The notes under the pieces: model-generated | The model's input: the letters and a program-made list of their open reading frames with translations, nothing else | The model's database searches: none | Told to the model about the DNA's origin: nothing | In this document: in pieces, positions 54,001 to 64,000 of the stretch | Layout: every line of letters begins with the position of its first letter | How positions within the stretch are numbered: position 1 is the stretch's first letter | From: Phoronis australis | Lineage: Eukaryota; Animalia; Phoronida | Assembly (NCBI GenBank): GCA_002633005.1 | Contig: NMRA01000199.1 | Location: 26,505 to 90,504, forward strand | Direction: 5' to 3' | Length of the DNA: 64,000 bases | Made by a program: the position numbers and the translations under genes

Positions 54001-57000
54001 GACTGTTGCTCGAGGATACTTGCAGGCTTGTCGAACGTAGGTGTTGTTATAGTAATACAATCGCTTCACATATATTATGCATGCATGTACAGTACAATTC
54101 TTTCTCATATCCTTGGTTCCATCAACTTGTCAACTGTTATATTTCTCTTGCATAATTGATGGGTTTCCCTTCACGAGCTATCTAAACTCACAAACGCACG
54201 TTTGTTTTCGCTAAAAATTTCGCTGGTGACTCATACGCGACTTATTATAGTTAATATCAATGTCAATTTGCACAAAAAGGAAACTCATTAATCCCCACAA
54301 AACGACCGAGTGGTCAACAAAAATTCTCATTTACGGAAACCGTCCGCCAACTTTTGTTTTCTTGGTTACAAAAGGTATTGTATGACATTATTTGAACCAT
54401 CATCATTTTTGTAGATGTGCGTCGTTTGATTTTTCAAAAGTATACCAAATAGACGCACCTAATAATTTGGAATTCGTGTTATCTGGTGGATCAGGATATC
54501 GTTAGGGAGCGCCAAATCGCTTCCCAAGGACAAATGTTCGTTGTAGGCCTGAAAATACCGGTGCCGTTTTTGTATGTATCTCGGCTTAATCCCCTAAATC
54601 TACTTTGCTAGTGTACGTTTGCCTAAATGAAATTCTTTATTTTCAGCACTGCTCGTCAATCCGACAGATTTTCACCAAGGATTATTTTTTACTGACACTC
54701 CTGTTTTCCGCCTGCTGGTTTACTGTCTCATTCGCGTAAGTTTCGTTCATAGATCATAATCTATGATTTCCCGAATTCAAGTGTGAGCTGGATGTATTAT
54801 CAATTCGTAGGTGATTAAATATGAATATGTGGTTTTGGACTTGATAGGGGAGGCTCTGTCTACTTGGTGATACCGTTTTACTCATCACATTGCTAGCTGT
54901 CAGTAGTCGACCTTGGCCAGGCATGACATGAAGCCAACTATCACGGCACGTTGAGGTCGTGCGCACTCGTGTCTCAGTCATCAAATCGTCAGGATTCTTT
55001 CCTCGTCCATCGTGTTTATGACATCGATGAAAAAGCGACATACAATAACGCATTAATAAGTAAACGATATTTTCATGAGATATATCAGAAACCACATACG
55101 CACGCGTATTCCTGTTGTGGTGTTACGGTGAATATTGACAATTCTCTCCTTGACCCCGACATCTTCATCTCTTTCTCGCTTCCTGCTACCCTCTCGCTAC
55201 CTCCCTGCCTAATACCCACCCTCCCTTTGTATTGATTTCTCACACCGCCTCCCCCCTCCCTCCTTCCCTCTTCCTAACTGTTTCCCTCCTTCCCTTCCAC
55301 ATGCCGTTTACATATCATATGCGATTTTTCCCCGCAAAAATTATAGTTGATTACCCCCTTGCAACTTCCTAGATCCATTTCTTTCCCCCTTCTCTCCCAC
55401 TCACTTCCTCCGTTTCTTCATAAGCTCTCTTCCTCTTTCCTTCCCTGACTCCAAACTTCCTTCCTCACTTCTTACAGTCCCCCCTCTTCCCCTCCGCCAA
55501 TCCCTTCCCCCTCTCTCTCCCCGCTCACTGCCTCCTCTCTCCGTCCCTCCCTCATTCTCTCTATGTCTCTCAATCCAGCAATTTGTTGTGTAATGATTTT
55601 ATTTGCCTTTCAGGACGTATGGTTTAGATATATGGTTCCCACAGTACTTATCCAAGTTGCAACTTAACAACTATCTCGCCATGGAAAACAAAACGGTGAA
55701 CGTTTCATTGTCTAATGCAGTGTTCACAGGGCTTCTAGATAACATAGAATATAGGAACGCTCGTTTCGAGAACGTTTCCTTTCGACAACTTAAACTCAGG
55801 CACGTTACCTTCGTCGATTCCACTTTCAACAGCTGTACGTTTTACGAAATAACAAGTCTGCAGACTCGATTCATCAACACCTCTTTGGTGAACACTTCTT
55901 TTAACAACACGGACCTATTCAAGTACAAATTTCATCAAGTGGACATCAGAAACTCTCAATTTTTCCACACACGGACAGAGTGCATGGTGGATTTTGAGAT
56001 TAATGTTGACATAGCGAAAGGATATTTTGAAACGTTGATTGGCCAGTTAGCCAATTATCCTGGCGTTTTAATATCTGCTATATTAATGGATAAAGTCGGT
56101 CGGAAGAAATGCACAGGTGAGTTTCATTTGCTTATAACTGAATTATTCGTTGACTATATTCACCACCATTACCCCCATCACCACCACCAGCCTCGATGTG
56201 GTGTCTCATTACAAATACGTTGGACTGTCACTGTTTATGACAATTATTCATCGTTCTCATCGACCATCTTCGCACTGTCACCACTATCGAATTATTATCA
56301 TCGTCATCATCGTCGTCAAAATCTTCCCCATAATCATCCCCTCGACCTACTTTCATGTAGCTATGGCAACCTGACCATGCACCTCTGTCGCAGCCACTAG
56401 CCCTACCATGACTATTCCCACCGCTATGTACCTCTTCCGTAATATCACTTTCATGTATAACACTGCCATGATTATTCCCACCGCTATTTACCTCTACCAC
56501 AATCATTTACTTGCAATGCATTACACTACTATGAATATTTCCACCCCTATGTAACCTCTAACACAACCACTTACATGCATAACACTACCACGACCATTCA
56601 CACCGCTCTGTACATCTACCACAACTACTGTTTCGTGTTCTACCGTTCAGCACCACTACTAACACCACACCAACCATCCCGCCTTCTCAACAAAAGATCA
56701 AACTACACATTATAGAAGTTAACACTACACAACGATCATGGTCCAAGACCAATGCAATGGGGTAACAGCAGTGGCCGATTTAGGGGGGGGGGGCAAGGGG
56801 GCCATGGCCCCCCTAAAATTCTACCAGATATCATTTGAAAGTTCGGGTGCTAATTGCTGACTAGTACATGCACGCAACCAGGGGGGATCGGGGGGTGAAG
56901 AAACACTGCATAGGCCCTGAAAAAACCCCGTTCGCCGTTTTTTTAATTTTTTTTAGTTAAAAGGTTCGCAAACCCAAAAATTCGAGATCCTTGCATCCCT

Positions 57001-58202
57001 ATATTTTTGGTTTTAGGGCTGGGCACGCGTATCTGCCGAAATTCTGGTTATTCCTGTGCCCTGGCCCCCCTAACTCAAAATCCTGGATCCGCCCCTGTAA
57101 CATGAGATGGTGTAATAACGTTACTTGGCGATCCGTTACTTGGGAATTAATTGATGGTGATTCAAATTTAATTACAAGGGCCTCAAGGGTTTTTAGTATG
57201 TGTACATGTAGATCTCGTTCAAAATAATGAATGGTCGAGTTATCCAATATATCTTAGTCTTGTGTATTCAACGAAACATATTGATTTTAAATATGAATTG
57301 AAGTTAATTGCAATAACTGATGAGCATGACAAAACATGAATGCATATATATGAAAATATGTTTACATGTAGTTCGAAATTTATGAGGGACGCTGGATATT
57401 GCTACTATATTTATTGGAATTTTGATGTTAAAAATCGGGGCCCAGTATTTGGCTTTTCATTTACAATCAACGTAATTGCATTGCGGAATAATAAAACAGA
57501 GTAGGAATGTGACCATAGGCCTACACGTAGCATGTGCAAACTGCGTACACATTATAGGCTACGTGTAACGTACACGGATTATACATACCCCGGTACTCCT
57601 AATCACAAACAAACGTAATATTGTGTCTTCTCGTATTGAGATTTTGGGAAGATACCCGATCAATTCCAATATTTATCAATCCCTTGTTCTTAACGTTTTT
57701 CGATATGAGAAAAAAACAAAAAAGATGTCATTTAGCATTTCCCACATAGAACATTTTGTCCGCAAAAAGGTGGATTTTCGTTAGACCCGGCCAGCTTGGC
57801 ATTTGACCTCTCATTTTTATTTTGACCATCAATTTGACCCTGCATCCATAAAATAATACCAGAAATGGACCACGCGTCCCACAAAATATTAGATATGACA
57901 AACAGTAGGATGATATAAACCATCGTGTTCAGAAGATGGAAAGTGGTCGAAATTCAACATGGCAGATGTCGCATCATTTATGAAAATTGCACAAGACTGC
58001 ACAAAGTACAACCAATTTAATTTTTTTCTCTTAACCAAATATACTAAATTTCCCAAAGAAACCTTTGCAGTAAACGACATTGCAGAGTCAACCGTATGGC
58101 AACTAGACTACCACCTTAGATCGACATTTTCATCACCATCATCATCATCACCATCATCATCATCACCATCACCATCACCATCATCATCATCATCATCATC
58201 CC

Positions 58203-58259
<57 letters not shown>

Positions 58260-61200
58260 CTTCATCACGGTCGCAATATGGTCATTAAGGCCAATACCAA
58301 CATCCTGTTGAATTAGTACTTCATATGTCAAAAACCAGGCCACTTGCTTTACAATGTTGGATTCCTCTTGTTTCTTACCCAGATTAGAATTGATGTCTAC
58401 TTAGCTTAGAGATGCACAGACAGGTCATTATTGTCTTATACCAGCCCCAATTTAGTTGACCTGCTGTCAAGCAATAACGGCCTTGTCAAATTACTGTCAC
58501 AGCGTCACAGTTTCAGTAGCCATTTGAGCATGGCCGACAGGTGAGTAAACGCATCCAGTGGCCTAGATGGTTGTTCGTCTGCTTCCTGTTCAAAAAGTTG
58601 CACACTTTAGGTTCGAAACCCTCTGGACCTCACTGCTAGACCCTTGAGTTTGATCTCTAGCTCCTCAACTCGGTCTTAATTTGGTGTATATGCCTAGAGC
58701 TACAAACGTGTATATTTATTTATGAAAATGGTTTCAGTCGTTTAGTGCTTTGGGCCCGACTGTGTGACTTAAGTACGTCGGATGCAATGTGTGTCAGACC
58801 ATCTTGCACTGTTTTCTATAGCCGTCAGGTGAATTTGTGGGAATTCATCATTTCAATTCACTGAAACACATTTGCGTCACAAGAGCCCAATGGCGTTTCT
58901 TTGGGGCAAAAGCGCATGTGAAAAAGTTGATGCTTTTTTCGTTTGTAGATGGATTGTAGCTGTTTTGTGTATCTCACGTAAGATGGCGCCAGTGACATGT
59001 TAGCAAAATCGGACTTGAGGTAAACGTTGTATTTGGTGCATGTGTTATAGGATCGAGGTCGCGCAGTAGTTACAAGTTTATATAACATTTATATTTTTGA
59101 ATGTTTTGCTCTTTTTCAGTTGTATCCTTTTTCATAGCGGCACTTAGCACTTTTCTGATGTGGGCCTTAACAACGGAGGTGTCTGTCGTTGCTGTGTACA
59201 GTATCCTCAATTGCTTCTTGATGTTGGTGTGGAACCCGTTGGAGGTCGCCTCGACCGAATCCCATCCAACATACTTAAGGTAAGCATTGGTGTTTTGGTC
59301 ATGTGTGATGCTTATTTTCCAAGGTATCAATTTCACATTTAATCGCATCTCCTCAGCATTTCCTTGTTGGAGTGTTGTATTTTTTAAAACACCTTCTTTT
59401 CAGAAACTACCAATTTGTAGTTTTATGGCCTTTTCGCTGAATGTTGGTTGCTGGCTCTGTCAAACAGGGAATTTGTAAGCACAGGGTCACATTGTAAAAT
59501 GTAAATGACCATAAAGTGTCTTAACATCTTTTGTGGCGCACGAGCATCGAATCATACTCACGAATCACCAAACGATTTTATTGATCGTACATGTATTCGT
59601 GCGTGTGATTCGATGCCCGTGCGTATGATTTTGTGTTCGTATGTATGATTTTTGTGGTTCGTGCGCATGATTTTTATTTGTATGCGTGATTTTTGGGTTC
59701 GTATGCATGATTCATGTTGTCATATGCGTGATTCATAGGTTCGAACTGAAGGTTGTTTGTGCGCAAGATGCGATGCTTGTGCGTATCGTGATTCTATGTA
59801 ACCCCGTGGTAGCAAGCTTGCGACACATATTTTTATCGTTGGCAGGAGTACACATAGTATGTCGATCATAAGTACATCATGGCATTTGAGTTTGTCTAAG
59901 TGACTCTCCTAGCGTGTGAAGTTTATCAGTGCTTAACACACTAAGTGGTCACTTTTGTGCATGTTTGTTTAGTACATATAGATTATTACATGGCGAAGTC
60001 GTTATCCCACGTTATCTAGAGCCCGAGTGGATTTTGGTGAATTATCGCCCGAGGGGCGTTAGCCCCGAGGGTGATAATTCTCCAAAATCCACGAGGGCTC
60101 TAGATAAGGGGGATAACGGCTGAGAACATGTAATAATCTATTTATACCACATACTAAACGAGAAACATTGCAATGAATCGATTTACCTTTTCTGACTCTC
60201 CACGGCTTTGTAACTACTTTCTATGTCAGAGGCCCGGGGTCGGAGGTCGTGACCTTTTAAGAAAAGCCCGGCTATTTTTGTCAAATAATGCTTGTACTCA
60301 ACACCAATTGAAAACTTAAATATTATAGAAATAAATTGAATTTATAAATTAAGGTTTACCAACTATTATAGCTTAAAACACGTTTTTTTNNNNNNNNNNN
60401 NNNNNNNNNNNNNNNNNNNNNNNNNNNNNNNNNNNNNNNNNNNNNNNNNNNNNNNNNNNNNNNNNNNNNNNNNNNNNNNNNNNNNNNNNNNNNNNNNNNN
60501 NNNNNNNNNNNNNNNNNNNNNNNNNNNNNNNNNNNNNNNNNNNNNNNNNNNNNNNNNNNNNNNNNNNNNNNNNNNNNNNNNNNNNNNNNNNNNNNNNNNN
60601 NNNNNNNNNNNNNNNNNNNNNNNNNNNNNNNNNNNNNNNNNNNNNNNNNNNNNNNNNNNNNNNNNNNNNNNNNNNNNNNNNNNNNNNNNNNNNNNNNNNN
60701 NNNNNNNNNNNNNNNNNNNNNNNNNNNNNNNNNNNNNNNNNNNNNNNNNNNNNNNNNNNNNNNNNNNNNNNNNNNNNNNNNNNNNNNNNNNNNNNNNNNN
60801 NNNNNNNNNNNNNNNNNNNNNNNNNNNNNNNNNNNNNNNNNNNNNNNNNNNNNNNNNNNNNNNNNNNNNNNNNNNNNNNNNNNNNNNNNNNNNNNNNNNN
60901 NNNNNNNNNNNNNNNNNNNNNNNNNNNNNNNNNNNNNNNNNNNNNNNNNNNNNNNNNNNNNNNNNNNNNNACAAAAATAGCTCGGCTTTTCTTAAAAGGT
61001 CACGACCTCCGACCCCGGGCCTCTGACATAGAAAGTAGTCACAAAGCCGAGGCGAGTCGAGAAAGGTAGATCGATTCATTGCAATGTTTCTCGTTTAGTA
61101 TGTGGTATAAATAGATTATTACATGTTCTCAGTCGTTATCCCCCTTATCTAGAGCCCTCGTGGATTTTGTAGAATTATCACCCTCGGGGCTGACGCCCCT

Positions 61201-62028
61201 CGGGCGATAATTCTCCAAAATCCACTCGGGCTCTAGATAACGGGGGATAACGACTTCGCCATGTAATAATCTATATTTATCCTCTGTACATGTATAACTT
61301 AATAATTTATTTCAATGCCTGGCATGTTCGCATGGTTTCCAAGTTTCCGTGACGTATCAATTTTCACACGTGCTTTCACACCCATCGCACAATTGTCATG
61401 CTTTACGTTTTTTGAAATGCATGCATCGTGTGACATTTTCATTCGGGTGAGGTTCGTATATGCCGTTGCGCACGAAACGATTTCGTCGGGTGGGGAGGAG
61501 GACCAGGGGGTTACGGTTTTTGTTGGCGACAAATTGTCGTGACACTGAATCAACACTATACGATTTTATCGCCAACATTTTCAGGGATGAAAAATTGTAA
61601 GATATGCAAGTTTTCAAATGTTACAACTGATTACGGTAGAAATGTGAACGAATCGGCCGGGTTGTGGGGTCTACTATGCTTGTGAAGAAATGACGTGTTG
61701 GTGACAAAAATACCCAACTGAAGATCTTGATCATATTGATGACACCAGGAAGAATTATCTCCCTGTTAAAACGGACATTTCTTTGTTATTTGTTTTGTCT
61801 GTAGTTTACTATGTATTTGCGTGTCATGTGATCTTTTTTCTCTTTAGGAACACTGCGTTTGGCGTATTTAATGCTTCTGGAAAACTCGCCGGCTTATTAG
61901 GCAACATCGTGTTCGCTCTATTTGTCAATCTCGACGTCTCCATACCAATCTTAACGACGACGACCATGCTGATTATTGGGGGACTTCTCAGCACGCAGTT
62001 GCCCGAAACTAAAGACAATCTGACATGA
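42034..62028 (+). CDS. SV2: Synaptic vesicle glycoprotein 2 (SV2)-like MFS transporter, 11 coding exons, ~623 aa
   Basis: Manual splice model: 42034-42097, 45667-45912, 49100-49280, 50028-50179, 51539-51672, 53089-53160, 53947-54036, 54647-54735, 55614-56116, 59120-59279, 61848-62028 (1872 nt, phases consistent). Motifs: GFGRFQW...GLAMMADMAE, ADLVGRR (MFS motif A), SSWR...PETPRYL, YGLDIWFP, Phe-periodic pentapeptide-repeat luminal domain, MDKVGRK, RNTAFG, LPETK. Paralog (A/B/C) is not assignable. Confidence 0.92.
43400..44520 (-). mobile_element. Decayed LINE reverse-transcriptase fragments in SV2 intron 1
   Basis: Weak RT-like translations (DEL..A; LKIF...SLP..WSDA; QLK...KDD...NSLP) interrupted by stops. 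Confidence 0.3.
45667..45912 (+). CDS. SV2: SV2-like exon 2 (TM1)
   Basis: GFGRFQWFVFVVIGLAMMADMAE...ELC; G|GTAATT donor. Confidence 0.9.
48861..49138. repeat. 139-bp tandem duplication spanning the SV2 intron 2/exon 3 junction
   Basis: Two copies of the acceptor (exon starts at 48961 and 49100). Confidence 0.95.
49100..49280 (+). CDS. SV2: SV2-like exon 3 (TM2-4, ADLVGRR)
   Basis: CACAG acceptor, GTAAGT donor; MFS motif A. Confidence 0.9.
50028..50179 (+). CDS. SV2: SV2-like exon 4
   Basis: ELVPRHRRG...AWIIIP; TACAG acceptor, G|GTAC donor. Confidence 0.9.
51539..51672 (+). CDS. SV2: SV2-like exon 5
   Basis: SSWRIYLLVCALP...PETPRYLIE; GTGAGT donor. Confidence 0.9.
52501..52560 (-). mobile_element. 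tRNA-derived SINE head fragment
   Basis: Reverse complement reads AGAGCGTCTG...CCCGGGTTCGAGCTCCGGTCGG (box B-like). Confidence 0.4.
53089..53160 (+). CDS. SV2: SV2-like exon 6 (DGQVMEALKVYQRMYLQNHPDETQ)
   Basis: TTTCTTTACCTTAG acceptor, CAG|GTAGGC donor; G..EAL..L..M...N motif following PETPR. Confidence 0.85.
53947..54036 (+). CDS. SV2: SV2-like exon 7 (central cytoplasmic loop)
   Basis: TTTTTCAG acceptor, GTAGGT donor; phase 0/0, open frame. Confidence 0.65.
54647..54735 (+). CDS. SV2: SV2-like exon 8 (TM7 start, ...LTLLFSACWFTVSFA)
   Basis: TTTATTTTCAG acceptor, GTAAGT donor; WFT.SF motif joins YGL in the next exon. Confidence 0.85.
55190..55570. repeat. CT-rich polypyrimidine low-complexity tract
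   Basis: Direct inspection. Confidence 0.85.
55614..56116 (+). CDS. SV2: SV2-like exon 9 (pentapeptide-repeat luminal domain + TM8)
   Basis: YGLDIWFP, Phe/Leu at 5-residue spacing, six N-x-S/T sequons, LMDKVGRK; G|GTGAGT donor. Confidence 0.93.
56400..56625. repeat. ~60-bp degenerate tandem repeat (ACTACCATGACTATTCCCACCGCTATGTACCTCT)
   Basis: About four copies are visible. Confidence 0.7.
56769..57097. mobile_element. CAG-ended, G-tract-containing MITE (hAT-like)
   Basis: cagtggccgatttaggggggg...aaaatcctggatccgcccctg; similar ends at 46659-46795, 22370-22423, 37964 and 62780. Confidence 0.5.
58131..58267. repeat. (CAT)n microsatellite
   Basis: Direct inspection; explains the poly-Ser and poly-Met ORFs. 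Confidence 0.97.
58553..58650 (+). mobile_element. tRNA-derived SINE head
   Basis: Box A TGGCCTAGATGG and box B GGTTCGAAACC; no full cloverleaf. Confidence 0.5.
59120..59279 (+). CDS. SV2: SV2-like exon 10 (TM9-10)
   Basis: WNPLEVASTESHPTYLR; CTTTTTCAG acceptor, AG|GTAAGC donor. Confidence 0.9.
59590..59800. repeat. ~21-bp degenerate tandem repeat (GTGCGTATGATT core)
   Basis: Direct inspection. Confidence 0.65.
59976..61276. mobile_element. DNA element with >=305-bp terminal inverted repeats whose outer ~165 bp are self-complementary hairpins (SV2 intron 10)
   Basis: 59976-60281 is the near-perfect reverse complement of 60971-61276; ends read ATATAGATTATTACATG...CATGTAATAATCTATAT; the interior is partly in the N gap. 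Confidence 0.85.
60390..60970. other. Assembly gap (N) inside the inverted-repeat element
   Basis: Run of N. Confidence 1.
61848..62028 (+). CDS. SV2: SV2-like terminal exon (TM11-12, LPETK)
   Basis: NTAFGVFNASGKLAGLLGN...LPETKDNLT*. Confidence 0.92.
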
Positions 62029-64000
62029 TACTTAGTCAAGCGAAATGAAATCAGAGATGTCTAGCTTGTGCAATTAATTCGAAAACACCAACCCCTGCAA
62101 TCTAATCCCCTCAAAATATGTTTTTCCCTTTGACGGAAAATTAAGATAATTATTTAATAATTTATTTTACTCTCCTTGAGTATATTATGCATGACGCAAA
62201 ACTAAATTAATTTGTACTTGATGACCAATAGACTGGAGGTGCAAGTTCGAGCAAAATCTCCACGAAATTTCGAGTTCAAACGCGAACTTATAGCTTTAAG
62301 GCTGGGGTCGTCAAGTATAAAATAGGAGTGCACAGGTAAACCGAAATTTACTCGAGCACAGAATATTGGACTTTTATATCTTTGAGTTCATACGAAAGTA
62401 GAACAGAAAATTTAAAAAATGATTTCGAGTTACCATTCCCAAAGCGTTGAGTTTCTTTTAGTGTATGAATATTTTTATTTACCATTGTCTCATGGACGCT
62501 TTTGATTGTACATAACAATGTTTGTGACTGATTGATATTTCTCAAAAATGTTTTTTTTTAACATTTGCAAAACGGTATTCTTTCTTGAAAGATGAGGCCG
62601 TTATTAAAGGGAGCACCTCATTGAGTCCAAAGGTGCACTATAGTACGAAGGTCTACTACTTAGGTAAAACTGAGTTATCATTCAAATCTAATTTTTGTTG
62701 GCATTCTACGAAACTCGTAAGCGCTGCACGTGAATAGCACTGGGTTTCGGAATATTGTGCAACCCGCACTCAAGACATGTGCGTACCCAGGGGGGCTCTG
62801 GGGGATGGAACGAGCTCCCCAATTGGCAAAGTGGGCAAAAAGGTTCGCCCCCGAGAGACAAAAAGTCCGAGAAAATGGGACAAATGTCCACAAAATAAGC
62901 ACAAACGCGCAATTCACAGAGGTCCTCCCCGTTTTTTTTTTTTTNNNNNNNNCGCCCTCTCTTTTGTTGGCAAATGGGCTGGGTGCGCGTATGCAAAGCA
63001 TATTTTGAGGTCCGATTTCGCCCAGGAGAACCGAACAAACTGTGGTAGTACCGGGCGGACGGTTGTTTTCAGTAGTTTGGCCTTCACCGTGGTACTAACA
63101 CCCGACGTTTGCGTATTCTTGCACCTAGAAAAGATACATCTGGGCACGACATCATATCCATATTTGGCACCTTCGGACTACTGCCATGTAATTAAATTAT
63201 GTTTGGTACAAGTGTATCATAGATATATTTGTGATATGTATGTTTGATGCAGTGTATGATAGATATAAATATAATGTGATCAATCATAATTAATACAATG
63301 TGGTATGGTGTTTGATACAAAGTATCATAGATGTAAACAGTCATATGACTATGTATGTCCACGCAGTGCATAAGTATTGTTCATCTTATTTTATAGAATA
63401 TTAGAAAATTTACTCATTTGGTTCGAAGCATTCATTTGACGAGAATGCCATTTTGTTTGTAGCATCTGAGAGGTTTTCGACGAAAGTTTTTTCTTGTGAA
63501 GTAAATGGTAGTCGTATGTGTCGTGATATACATGCACAAACCGTTTCTCGTGAATCTGGCTTATGACAAACTTGTTGCTTGTTCGGTGCACTGGAACTGC
63601 ATCTGTGGTAAGCGCAATTAGGCTGACTTTGCATTGTTTAGAATTAAATTGAATTAAATTAAATTCATTTTTTATGATCACGTCTTATGCTTACAGTGCA
63701 TGCTCCCAGCCACCGGCTTACAGGACACGATTAATAGAAACACGGAAACTAAAATAAAATACGCTTTACACAATATTTAGAATACTCAACTAAATAGAAA
63801 ATTATGTTGCTTGATGAAAGCACGAAAAATTGATTTTCCAACTGCATATGATAATCAGACTCGCAGTGACCTCATGCACTGGCACGATCTATGATAACGA
63901 ATCACCCGAAAGACTGCAATAACCCTGGGGGGAAACTTTACATTTTTACTCGCCCTTTCTGGCAGAGCTGACATTACAAACATATTGAACACGTTGAAAT

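Noticed and set aside
56646-56666. RE1/NRSE-like TTCAGCACCA in an SV2 intron
   Set aside because: The right half-site GGACAG is absent, and it sits in low-complexity sequence.
57959-58343. Poly-Ser and poly-Met ORFs
   Set aside because: Translations of the (CAT)n microsatellite in an intron.
58553-58650. tRNA gene
   Set aside because: A and B boxes are present but there is no acceptor or anticodon stem pairing; treated as a SINE head.
63410-63634. Possible terminal exon of a convergent neighbouring gene
   Set aside because: No recognisable motif and only a weak acceptor; it cannot be supported from this window.

Overview
AT-rich, intron-rich metazoan genomic DNA; an invertebrate deuterostome such as an echinoderm or hemichordate is my inference from gene content and repeat types. 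Two multi-exon genes can be assembled by hand with GT-AG junctions and consistent phases, arranged head-to-head with start codons about 5.9 kb apart. (1) Minus strand 36178->24054: 11 coding exons, about 455 aa, a pentameric ligand-gated ion channel subunit. It lacks the Cys-loop cysteines (Pro-loop FPFDxQ only), has an ELIC-like M2, a very short M3-M4 loop, no visible signal peptide and a basic tail after M4. (2) Plus strand 42034->62028: 11 coding exons, about 623 aa, an SV2-family MFS transporter with a pentapeptide-repeat luminal domain. Each gene has a tandem duplication spanning an intron/exon junction that creates a second splice acceptor. The remainder is repeat-rich: three decayed THAP-domain transposon remnants, a decayed Gypsy-like RT, LINE fragments, tRNA-derived SINE heads, MITEs, microsatellites, and an intronic element whose long inverted repeats end in ~165-bp hairpins. 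There are two large N gaps (34763-35190, 60390-60970). All gene models are manual, with no expression or database support.
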